Assembly (NCBI GenBank): GCA_039630055.1 | Contig: JBCNVN010000032.1 | Location: 1 to 12,627, forward strand | Length of the DNA stretch: 12,627 bases | Source: Candidatus Caldarchaeales archaeon | GTDB lineage: Archaea; Thermoproteota; Nitrososphaeria_A; Caldarchaeales; Wolframiiraptoraceae | Direction: 5' to 3' | Shown: positions 1 through 7,826 of the stretch, one piece after another | Layout of the letters: every line of letters starts with the position of its first letter | Position numbering within the stretch: the stretch's first letter is position 1 | Notes under the pieces: model-generated | The model's database searches: none | Told to the model about the DNA's origin: nothing | The model's input: the letters and a program-made list of their open reading frames with translations, nothing else | Made by a program: the position numbers and the translations under genes

Positions 1-112
1 GGTAGGGGTTAGAGAGTTGAACCCCATTATCTAATGGGTTGGAAGTATTAACCCTCTACCAGTCTTCTCGGTGCTGTGACTCACCGACCAGTAAGCCCCC
101 AGACCTCCCATC
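1..112. ncRNA. Candidate structured RNA / inverted-repeat element, identity unknown, may continue beyond the window edge
   Basis: GC-rich relative to its flanks. Hairpin 1-11 (GGTAGGGGTTA) pairs with 49-60 (TAACCCTCTACC, one bulge), with an inner stem 20-28/33-40. A second hairpin is TCGGTG 68-73 / CACCGA 82-87. A T-rich run (TCTTTTATTTTT) follows at 111-122. Confidence 0.4.
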
Positions 113-114
113 TT

Positions 115-204
115 TTATTTTTGATTCATTATCAAGTCTCTCGAATAGGTTATTCCATTGACTACAATGTAGCCGAATCCATACTCTTCGATCTTAAACG
201 TCAT
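115..204 (-). pseudogene. Truncated Mth938-like (DUF498/AAMDC family) gene remnant, 29 codons
   Basis: Manual translation MTFKIEEYGFGYIVVNGITYSRDLIMNQK* resembles the family N-terminus (KIExYxFGxIxVxGxxYxxDxI). TAA at 117-115. TATA-like TATAAATA at 238-231. Family members are normally ~110-120 aa. Confidence 0.6.
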
Positions 205-311
205 CTCTATATTTGAAGCTGGATAGAGTATATTTATAGTTGAATAAATGTGGATAGTGGCATATTATAGCTATAATCCTTGAACCAGGATTTGTTTAGA
301 ATCTTATCGAT

Positions 312-764
312 TCAAAATCTCTTGGATGCTTCATAAGCATCTCTTCCAATCCCATAGTAATTCTCTCTCCTTTTAATGATCTTATACCCTTTCTTGAGAT
401 ATAGATTTAGAGCTGGAAGATTGCTTACCTCTACCTGTAATATTATCTCTTCAACATTCTTCTCTAATGCTTTCTTCTCAAAAGCATCTAGAAGCTTTGA
501 TGCTACTCCCATCCTTCTATAAGCTTTACTTACATCGATAGTGTATAAGTGGCATCTTCTCCCAGAGCATAATCCTGCAATAAACCCTATCAGTAGATCT
601 TTTAGAGAAGCCTTTAAGAAGATTGAGTTAGAATTCTTTAGAAGATGCTTGAAAACCCATCTTGGATATGCATCCTTTCCAAAACATTCTAACTCAATCT
701 GATAAACCTCGTCTAGATCTCTCTCAGATACAGGGGCAACTTCTACATCTTCAAGCAATCCCAT
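312..764 (-). CDS. rimI: RimI/Ard1-type GNAT N-acetyltransferase (~150 aa; likely start ATG 764 rather than TTG 800)
   Basis: Acetyl-CoA motif A (IDVSKAYRRMGVASKLL), V-x-x-SN-x-x-A-x-x-LY-x-K-x-GY and C-terminal NYY..G.DA. TTTATTAA at 791-784 lies inside the longer ORF, which favours the ATG at 764. Confidence 0.85.
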   Translation of the reverse strand: MGLLEDVEVAPVSERDLDEVYQIELECFGKDAYPRWVFKHLLKNSNSIFLKASLKDLLIGFIAGLCSGRRCHLYTIDVSKAYRRMGVASKLLDAFEKKALEKNVEEIILQVEVSNLPALNLYLKKGYKIIKRRENYYGIGRDAYEASKRF

Positions 765-882
765 CAAGTAATCGTATGAAATCTTAATAAACCATCTCAA
801 AGTCTAAGCTTCGAAAACCTTAAATGGGATCTTCAATATTTTTATACTTAAAAACATTCTTCAAGAAGTTTGTAAACCTATT

Positions 883-1446
883 ATGGTGATAAGTATGGAC
901 TTGATAGAGGTTAAGCCTGGATCGTTCGTCAACCTTTTACACCCGATGCCTGTGGCCCTAATAATCTCTGTAGATGGTGAAGGTAGACCTAGCGGTATGA
1001 CGATCGCATGGCTTACCCCTACCTCGAGAGATCCTCCATTACTCGCCGCAGCTATCTCTCCATGGAGATATACGTATGAACTGATCAAGCAGTCTAGAGA
1101 TTTTACTATAAATTTACTCGACTCGAGTATGGTGAAGGAGGCAGAACTATTCGGTACCGTTTCAGGAAGAGACATAGAAAAATTCAAGGAGTCAAAACTT
1201 ACATTAGCTAAATCTAAGATAGTTAAATCTCCCTACATCGCTGAAGCATTAACCGCACTAGAGTGTACTCTATTTGGTGATTATAGTGTTGGAGACCATC
1301 GATTGGTAATTGGAAGAGTTGAAAAAGCATATGTTAGGCAAGGAGTTGTAGAGGATGATATATACAACTTGAGTAAGGCTAGGATTCTCCTATATCTCGG
1401 TGAAGGAAAATATACTACAACTGTAGATAGAACTTTAACACAATGA
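883..1446 (+). CDS. Flavin reductase-like (DIM6/NTAB, flavoredoxin-like) FMN-binding protein
   Basis: LHPMPVALI, MTIAW, S.DPP, FTIN, GTVSGRDIEKF, LEC and GDH motifs are typical of the split-barrel flavin reductase family. Confidence 0.85.
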   Translation: MVISMDLIEVKPGSFVNLLHPMPVALIISVDGEGRPSGMTIAWLTPTSRDPPLLAAAISPWRYTYELIKQSRDFTINLLDSSMVKEAELFGTVSGRDIEKFKESKLTLAKSKIVKSPYIAEALTALECTLFGDYSVGDHRLVIGRVEKAYVRQGVVEDDIYNLSKARILLYLGEGKYTTTVDRTLTQ

Positions 1447-1462
1447 TGAATTCTCAAGATAC

Positions 1463-1470
1463 TTTTAAAT
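1463..1470 (+). promoter_or_regulatory. Putative TATA box for the ZIP transporter (likely leaderless mRNA)
   Basis: TTTTAAAT ends 24 nt before ATG 1495. Confidence 0.45.
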
Positions 1471-1494
1471 AGCTAGTCCTTTAAGTGTTTCCAG

Positions 1495-2277
1495 ATGATC
1501 ACTGAATTATTCACATGGATTAGCGGTGGAAATATAGCGTTAATGGGTCTACTTGGAGGGACGATAGCAGCCTTACTAAACCTATTTGGAGCTACCCCGA
1601 TACTTCTCATAAAATCCTATCATAAAACTTTCCTAAATACTGGATTGGGATTTGCAGCTGGAGTAATGTTGGCCGCAAGCTTCACTAGTTTAATCCTTCC
1701 AGGAATAGAGTATGGTGGAATATTATCGGTGTTGATCGGAATAATCCTCGGAGCCTCCTCAATCTCTCTGGTGGATAGACTAACCCCCCATCTACATTTT
1801 ATCAAAGGTAGGGAAGGCCCAGTCTCTAGAAGGCTTAAAGCAATATGGTTATTCGTGATCGCGATTACCATACATAATATGCCTGAAGGATTAGTGGTTG
1901 GAGTAGGCTTCGGCTCAGGAGACATTTTATCAGGATTGGTTCTCATGCTCGCCATCGGTTTTCAAAATATCCCTGAAGGACTATCCATCGGGTTTTCGCT
2001 GATGGCTACAGGAGAATATAGTAAGAGAAGAGCCTACCTAGTATCTGTAGCCTCTGGATTTGTTGAGCCGCCTCTAGCCTTTCTCGGAGCATACTTAACT
2101 TACACCTTTAAGCAGATCTTACCATATGCGATGGGTTTTGCAGCTGGTGCGATGTTATTCATTATAAGCGATGAGATAATCCCTGAGACGCATAGAGAAG
2201 GAGAAGAGAGGATATCGACATATGGACTAATAACAGGATTGATCATCATGCTTCTGCTAGACGTACTGCTCCAATAG
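1495..2277 (+). CDS. ZIP family (ZupT/GufA) divalent metal transporter
   Basis: About 8 hydrophobic segments, GFAAGVML, His-containing loop PHLH, metal-site motifs HNMPEG and QNIPEG, and C-terminal EIIPETH. Confidence 0.92.
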   Translation: MITELFTWISGGNIALMGLLGGTIAALLNLFGATPILLIKSYHKTFLNTGLGFAAGVMLAASFTSLILPGIEYGGILSVLIGIILGASSISLVDRLTPHLHFIKGREGPVSRRLKAIWLFVIAITIHNMPEGLVVGVGFGSGDILSGLVLMLAIGFQNIPEGLSIGFSLMATGEYSKRRAYLVSVASGFVEPPLAFLGAYLTYTFKQILPYAMGFAAGAMLFIISDEIIPETHREGEERISTYGLITGLIIMLLLDVLLQ

Positions 2278-2293
2278 AGAAGGATGCTAGAAC

Positions 2294-2845
2294 TTATTCA
2301 GAGACACCTTCTATAATAGTCTCTAGAACCTTCTTCTTAACTTCATTATCTACTTTAACAAAGACCGCTCCTCTCCCTGGTTGACCATATATTACTACTC
2401 CACCCTCTGGAGAAGAGAGTATAGCGGCAACCCCCAGAAGGTCTTCTTCTCCATCTATCTTCAGTAATGAAGGTCGATCTTCAGTGGAGTGTATCAAGTA
2501 GTGTAGCCTCTCTGCAGATATCGGCGATATCGTCCCAGGCTCATTCACAGCCTCAAAAACATTTTTGAAGTCGTCTATCTCGACTGTTCTCCTCATTCTC
2601 TCTATCTTTCCATCGATAACGGATATATCGACTCTAACCTTGTGTTGATGTAATTTACTGGTGACATAATCTCCAACAGCTATTACGATAGGTGGATTAT
2701 GTTCTTTAACCAGTTCTCCAAGTCTAATAGTGACCTCATCAGGGTCTCTTCCTGTAATCAATTCGCCTAGTGGTTCTCTAACTTTCTCCTTCATCTCTTC
2801 AGAGAAGACTATCCTTCTTCTAGGAGGCCATACTAAGATTTTCAC
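2294..2845 (-). CDS. DUF359 family protein, GTP-dependent dephospho-CoA kinase
   Basis: PLG, VGDYVT, IDGK..R, NEPGTI, IDGEEDL and YGQPGRG motifs; conserved position downstream of spt4. Confidence 0.9.
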   Translation of the reverse strand: MKILVWPPRRRIVFSEEMKEKVREPLGELITGRDPDEVTIRLGELVKEHNPPIVIAVGDYVTSKLHQHKVRVDISVIDGKIERMRRTVEIDDFKNVFEAVNEPGTISPISAERLHYLIHSTEDRPSLLKIDGEEDLLGVAAILSSPEGGVVIYGQPGRGAVFVKVDNEVKKKVLETIIEGVSE

Positions 2846-2939
2846 AAGAGATCGACAGGTAGACGAATCTTAAAGTTTACTCCTACACCTAATTAGAGGG
2901 TTAAGCATATAATTATAAAATCTATATTAGATGCTGTTC

Positions 2940-3131
2940 TTACGTCTTCGTTGCATAAGATCCAGACTTCTTTAATCCAAGCTCTTTTGCTATCTCAGAC
3001 TTTTCTGGATCGATTACTATTATCAATCCAGAAGAACGTGTCGTCAAGTTTGTTGAACCACAGTTGTCACACTCATTTCCTACAACTATTCTTTTACAGA
3101 CTCTGCATACCTTCTCTCTAGATCCAGCCAT
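2940..3131 (-). CDS. spt4: Transcription elongation factor Spt4 (RpoE'')
   Basis: Zinc ribbon CRVC...CDNC, G.IIVIDPEKSEIAK and G.YA. Its ATG directly abuts the rpoE' stop codon. Confidence 0.95.
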   Translation of the reverse strand: MAGSREKVCRVCKRIVVGNECDNCGSTNLTTRSSGLIIVIDPEKSEIAKELGLKKSGSYATKT

Positions 3132-3704
3132 CTAACTACCCTCTGCTAGAGGTTTCGTCCCAACCTTCTTTAAATCTTCATTTATCCATTCTATCTTTCC
3201 TAGATATGGCTGACGGGTTGTAACACTAATCTTGCCGACTGTTCCAGGTGAGATCGATACTGCGACCACTCTAAATCTAACCCTATCCCCAACCTCTAGT
3301 TTCTTCCCAGTCTTTTTACCGAGAAGTATTGAATGTTTCTCATCATATGATAAGTAGTCATCCATCACCTGAGATATGTGGAGGAGTGCATCCATTGGTC
3401 CAACCCTTATGAATGCTCCGAACTCCGTGATCTCCACCACCTCACCTTCTCCTACCTCCTGTATTCTTGGAGAGAAGACTAATAGTTTAGCTCTAGCCTT
3501 ATGATATACAGATCCATCTCTCGGTAAGATTAACCCGATAGGCTCAACATGTACATCGACCACCATAACGATATAACCTAAACCCTCTATTACTGTACCC
3601 TCATATAGGCTCTTCAACCTCTCTATCGCCGCCTCTCTGAGAGGTTTATTAAAATCTTTTGGGAGGATGCCTATAATCTCATCTATCTCAACAATTGTAA
3701 ACAT
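3132..3704 (-). CDS. rpoE1: DNA-directed RNA polymerase subunit E' (Rpo7); likely start ATG 3704
   Basis: DGSVYH, S1 domain GEVVEITEFGAFIRVGPMDALLHISQVMDD, GDRVRFRVVAVS and RQPYLGKIEWI. GGAGAG lies just upstream of ATG 3704. Confidence 0.95.
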   Translation of the reverse strand: MFTIVEIDEIIGILPKDFNKPLREAAIERLKSLYEGTVIEGLGYIVMVVDVHVEPIGLILPRDGSVYHKARAKLLVFSPRIQEVGEGEVVEITEFGAFIRVGPMDALLHISQVMDDYLSYDEKHSILLGKKTGKKLEVGDRVRFRVVAVSISPGTVGKISVTTRQPYLGKIEWINEDLKKVGTKPLAEGS

Positions 3705-4007
3705 CTCTCCACACTCAGATGCCTTTATCACACTGACTTAACACTATTTATCTCTTTTCTAATCTTGAGGAAAAGATCTGTATAGCTATTATTTAGGTAT
3801 TTATCTTTTAAGGAAAACCAAGTTAAAGATAGAATAACCTCATAATCTTACATTATCATGGAGTTTACCGTCTTCTTCTCTCTATAATCATATAAGATCA
3901 GCATACTTTAGATAATCTGGAGTCTTGAAACTTTGGAAGACCATCCTACACGTATCTGTAGAATATTAGATGAAGAAGATCGAAAGACTGTAAAAATGGT
4001 TGGAGTA

Positions 4008-5597
4008 TTATCCTGGTAGAGACTGTAGATATGCATGGATTGATTCTGCAGCCTTCTTACCGTCTGCTAGGGCCTCGATAGCTGTTGAAGGACCTCTTAC
4101 AGCATCTCCACCTGCATAGAAGCCTCGTCTAGTAGTGGCCAGGTTCTCATCAACCTTGATCGTTCCCCACCTAGTTATCTCTATACCATCTTCTGGTTTT
4201 AGGAAATCTATCCCTGGATCTTGACCTACCGCTAAGATCACATAGTCTGCTTCTACTTCAAACTCTGATCCAGGTATCGGCTCAGGCTTTCTCCTCCCAT
4301 CTGGACCAGGTTCACCTAATCTCATCCTTATACATCTCATCTTCTTTACCACTCCATTCTCTCCTATGAATTCTACTGGTGTAGCTAGGACCATGATCTC
4401 TATCCCTTCTGCCTCTGCATCTCTTATCTGCTCGATATCCGCCGGCATCTCAGTCCTACTCCTCCTATAAATTATCTTTACCTCTGAGGCTCCCAGTCTC
4501 AGAGCGGTACGGGCTGAATCCATGGCTACGTCTCCTCCTCCAACAACCCATACTCTACCAGAAATTTTCTGAATCTCTCCTTTCTTTACCTTGTATAGAA
4601 ATGGTAGTGCTTGTACTACTCCTTGCAGGTCTTCTCCTGGAATATTCATCTTCTTAGGCTTGTTTGCTCCTATAGATATGAATACGGCATCATATTTCTC
4701 GGCCAGTTCTGCGATCGATATATCTCTTCCAACCCTCTTACTAAGCTCGAACCTTACACCCAGCTTCTCCAAGATACTAACTTCATCTTCTACTATCTCT
4801 GCTGGAAGCCTAAACTCTGGGATATGTAGTCTAAGCACTCCTCCTATCTTATCTTCTGCTTCATAGATAGTTACTGAGTGGCCCATTAAAGCTAGATGGT
4901 ATGCAGCGTTTATGCCTGCGGGGCCTGAACCTATGATAGCCACTCTTCTACTTGTGGGAGGCTTCGGGTTAAGCTTAACTTGATTTTTATCAGCATATTC
5001 TATAACAGCTCTATGGGAAGCTCTTATAGAGAGCGGCTCCACTCCTATCTCATTCATTATACATGCATTCTCACAGAATCTAACACATATTCTACCCATC
5101 GTTCCAAAACATGGATAATATGATAGAGCCATCCTGTATACAGTATCAATCTTACCTTGAGCTATTAATCTGAAGGCTGCAGGTATCCCAAAATGTATTG
5201 GGCAGGCTCTAACACATCTTGGATCTCTACATGCTAGACATCTTCGAGCCTCATTGATAACCTCTTCCAAACGATATCCTCTATAAATTTCTATAAAATT
5301 ATTTTTCCTCGTATCTGGAGGAAGAGCATCTATAGGGGTTCTTTTACTGAATTTATGAGCTAGTGGGTTTTCAGCCTCTGATAAAAGTTCTTTTAAAGCA
5401 TTCACTATCTTTACCCTCACATCTCGGGATGGCTCCCTCTCAACCAGTATTCTAATAAATGCTTCCAGCATCCTCTCATCAATCTTTTTTACATCTTCAT
5501 CTTTTTTGATCCCTGCTTCCTGTACTATCTCGTAAAATTTTTCAAGTTCATTATTGGAAAGAATCTTTTCAATTTTAGATAGATAAACTTGAACCAA
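4008..5597 (-). CDS. GltD/SudA/NfnB-like NAD(P)H-dependent Fe-S flavoprotein with an N-terminal extension
   Basis: EARRCLACRDPRCVRACP and GRICVRFCENAC cluster motifs; FAD site VAIIGSGPAG; IPEFRLP; VVGGGDVAMD; YRRSRTEMPA (NADP(H)-type); AGGDAVRGP. TTG start. Confidence 0.88.
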   Translation of the reverse strand: MVQVYLSKIEKILSNNELEKFYEIVQEAGIKKDEDVKKIDERMLEAFIRILVEREPSRDVRVKIVNALKELLSEAENPLAHKFSKRTPIDALPPDTRKNNFIEIYRGYRLEEVINEARRCLACRDPRCVRACPIHFGIPAAFRLIAQGKIDTVYRMALSYYPCFGTMGRICVRFCENACIMNEIGVEPLSIRASHRAVIEYADKNQVKLNPKPPTSRRVAIIGSGPAGINAAYHLALMGHSVTIYEAEDKIGGVLRLHIPEFRLPAEIVEDEVSILEKLGVRFELSKRVGRDISIAELAEKYDAVFISIGANKPKKMNIPGEDLQGVVQALPFLYKVKKGEIQKISGRVWVVGGGDVAMDSARTALRLGASEVKIIYRRSRTEMPADIEQIRDAEAEGIEIMVLATPVEFIGENGVVKKMRCIRMRLGEPGPDGRRKPEPIPGSEFEVEADYVILAVGQDPGIDFLKPEDGIEITRWGTIKVDENLATTRRGFYAGGDAVRGPSTAIEALADGKKAAESIHAYLQSLPG

Positions 5598-5709
5598 AAA
5601 TATCTACCAGATAAATATATGCATTGAACAATTTGAATATTTTCATTAAATATTTTTTAATGATTTAGAGATTAACATAAATACTAGTTTTGCCTACGAC
5701 AACATTCTT

Positions 5710-6399
5710 CTAGTATTCTACCACCACGATAACATGGTCTTTCTCATAAGGCTCTAGATTTACAATCTCTAGAACTTTTAGCCCACTATCTTCCATGATC
5801 TTGATCTCTCTCTTAAAGACCATCTCAGGATCTTCTACACTATCTATACTTCTCGCTTTAATCGCGATTATCCCATGACCTCCTTTCTGCAACATGAGCC
5901 TAGAGTTTTCTACAAGTATCTTCGCCTGCTCAGGTTGAGCAACATCACAATATATTACATCTACCTTTCCAACTATAGAACTGTACTCTCTAGGTTTACG
6001 TGCATCAGCATATATTGGTATAACGTTCTTTCTATACTGGGCCACATTCTGTTTAAACTGCATCATAACTCTAGGAGCAAAATCTACACCATAGAGTATA
6101 CCCTTCTCATCTATTATATCTGAGACATGACTCGCGGTAGTTCCAGTAGCAGTGCCTAGATAGAGTACTCTACAACCAGGCTTAATATAGATCTCTTTAA
6201 TCTTATTCCATATAGCTGCTGAAAGCTTACTCCTATAAGGGTTCCAAGCCCTATATTCTTCTCCACCTATCTTAAATAATCTTTCTCCATAAACCTGTAT
6301 TCTTGAAGAGAGGTTTCTTGTTGCTAAAAACCTCTCACCCTCATCAGATGTTATCCAGAATACGTTTAGAAATTTTTCATGTGGTTTGACAGATGCCAT
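5710..6399 (-). CDS. flpA: Fibrillarin-like rRNA/tRNA 2'-O-methyltransferase
   Basis: EYRAWNPYRSKLSAAI, VLYLGTATGTTASHVSDI, DVAQPEQA, IKARSIDS and LEPYEKDH. Confidence 0.97.
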   Translation of the reverse strand: MASVKPHEKFLNVFWITSDEGERFLATRNLSSRIQVYGERLFKIGGEEYRAWNPYRSKLSAAIWNKIKEIYIKPGCRVLYLGTATGTTASHVSDIIDEKGILYGVDFAPRVMMQFKQNVAQYRKNVIPIYADARKPREYSSIVGKVDVIYCDVAQPEQAKILVENSRLMLQKGGHGIIAIKARSIDSVEDPEMVFKREIKIMEDSGLKVLEIVNLEPYEKDHVIVVVEY

Positions 6400-6448
6400 T
6401 CACGGTACACCATCCCAAGAAAGAATATATGCTTCCATTACTACCTCA

Positions 6449-7645
6449 TCATCTACGATGTTCTCTAATCTTTCTCTTTAAGGTTTTTTCAGGTTTAACC
6501 TTCTTCTTAACCGGTGGCTGAGAATACTTCTTCCTGATCTCTTCCAACCTCTCTTCTAGAGTCTTTCTCAATTCTCCACTTCTATCCTCTCTCGAGAAGT
6601 AGTCTATCTTAGCGGCTATAGCTATCTTGGTTGCAAGTAATCTAGCTATCTTACCTCTCTGCCACTTGGGAGAACTGTGAACATATAGATGCTGAAATAT
6701 TATCCCATGCTTTGGAGCGCCTCTACCCGTTTTAAAGAATCTAAAGAGTGCTTTTTCAGCTCCAAGAACCTGTATTGTACTAGCTGGGAATCTGGCCAGT
6801 TTATCCAGTCCTCCCGCAAGAGATATAAGTTTCGCTCCGAGTATTGCTCCAACAACAGCGGAGAGATTTGGAGCTTCAGAGCTCATTAGATCTCTAATAT
6901 ATGCTTCCTGATGTTTTTTCATCTCTATCAATCTTAATCCTTCTCTAGCAATCTTCTTCAATTGTTCTTCATCTTCTAAACTTAGGTCTGCACCGATAGA
7001 GCTTAAGCTCTTCTCAATAATCTCTTTAGCCTTCTTCTCTCCAACTATCTTTGATAGCCTCTCTAAGTCGAATCCACTTCTAGATCCGAGTTCGGCTATT
7101 ATCCTCATATATTCTTCAGGGTCTTCTATAAGCTCTGAAAGCTCTGGAAAATGAAGCCCATACCATTCTCTACATCTGGTATAGAACATGTTTATCTGTT
7201 TATCTAGATCTTCTAGAACGTGAACGGCGTGAACTATCATCATATCTCTCCTAGCAACAGCTTTCTTCAACTCTACAGTTAAAATAGCATCGGATACCCT
7301 TCTCAACCTATCTCTATATTCTTGAACGTCTTCCACCAATCTACTATCTACAAGTATCTTCTCTATATCTACTGAGGTAGAAAGTTCAGAGAACTTGTAC
7401 CCTGGAAAAAGGTTTAATAATGATCCAAGTAGATGTGGTGGATCTATCTCAAACTCTCTGAAACCTTTGGAAGACAGCTCTTTGATAAGTTCCACTAGAT
7501 CTTCCAAGAGTTCACCCCTCGATAACTTAGAGTATTTTGAGATAGCCTCATCAAGATCTTTAAACAATCTATATGCGACTATTCTTTCATCATCCTCCAG
7601 CGAGATTATACCTAACGGGGTCACCAAGACTCTATTAGGCGGCAT
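6449..7645 (-). CDS. nop5: Box C/D RNP scaffold Nop5 (Nop56/58)
   Basis: REWYGLHFPEL, APNL, LISLAGG, PASTIQVLGAEKALF, PKHGIIFQH, RGKIAR and a basic C-terminal tail; lies upstream of flpA. Confidence 0.97.
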   Translation of the reverse strand: MPPNRVLVTPLGIISLEDDERIVAYRLFKDLDEAISKYSKLSRGELLEDLVELIKELSSKGFREFEIDPPHLLGSLLNLFPGYKFSELSTSVDIEKILVDSRLVEDVQEYRDRLRRVSDAILTVELKKAVARRDMMIVHAVHVLEDLDKQINMFYTRCREWYGLHFPELSELIEDPEEYMRIIAELGSRSGFDLERLSKIVGEKKAKEIIEKSLSSIGADLSLEDEEQLKKIAREGLRLIEMKKHQEAYIRDLMSSEAPNLSAVVGAILGAKLISLAGGLDKLARFPASTIQVLGAEKALFRFFKTGRGAPKHGIIFQHLYVHSSPKWQRGKIARLLATKIAIAAKIDYFSREDRSGELRKTLEERLEEIRKKYSQPPVKKKVKPEKTLKRKIREHRR

Positions 7646-7674
7646 GACTCTAGTATTATATCTGATTAGAGCAC

Positions 7675-7681
7675 TTTATAA
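7675..7681 (-). promoter_or_regulatory. Putative TATA box for nop5-flpA
   Basis: TTATAAA on the minus strand, ~30 nt upstream of ATG 7645. Confidence 0.5.
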
Positions 7682-7793
7682 GGTTGGTTAAAGGTGAGTG
7701 AAACGGCCAAGAAACAACACTTTAAGAGATCTCTATATTTCTCTATATTATTGTCTTTAATCCTCTTGGATTTTTAGAGGTTTGGTAAGAATA

Positions 7794-7800
7794 TTTATAT
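7794..7800 (+). promoter_or_regulatory. Putative TATA box for rps30e
   Basis: TTTATAT ends 26 nt before ATG 7827. Confidence 0.5.
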
Positions 7801-7826
7801 TCTGATATGGGGATACATCGTATAGT

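Noticed and set aside
861-1187. 108-aa minus-strand ORF
   Set aside because: Antisense shadow of the flavin reductase-like gene; Ser-rich with no motifs.
1443-1505. ATGATGA ... CTGA as a possible C/D box sRNA
   Set aside because: The C box is the upstream gene's stop region, there are no D'/C' boxes, the interior holds the ZIP TATA box, and CTGA lies within the ZIP coding sequence.
1620-1955. 111-aa minus-strand ORF
   Set aside because: Antisense shadow of the ZIP transporter.
3732-4007. Long intergenic region checked for small genes and sRNAs
   Set aside because: I found only short ORFs (about 20 codons or fewer), no consensus C/D boxes and no strong hairpin.
4591-4866. Plus-strand ORFs 4591-4866 and 4611-4829
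   Set aside because: Antisense to the GltD-like gene.
5875-7691. Plus-strand ORFs 5875-6123, 6689-6889 and 7395-7691
   Set aside because: Antisense to flpA/nop5; no recognisable domains.
7693-7760. GTGAAACGGCC (RNase P conserved-region-like), a 20-codon GTG ORF after GGTGA, and a CTCTATATT tandem duplication
   Set aside because: No surrounding GC-rich helices; the ORF has no recognisable features; the two-copy repeat is too short. Most likely ordinary divergent-promoter DNA.
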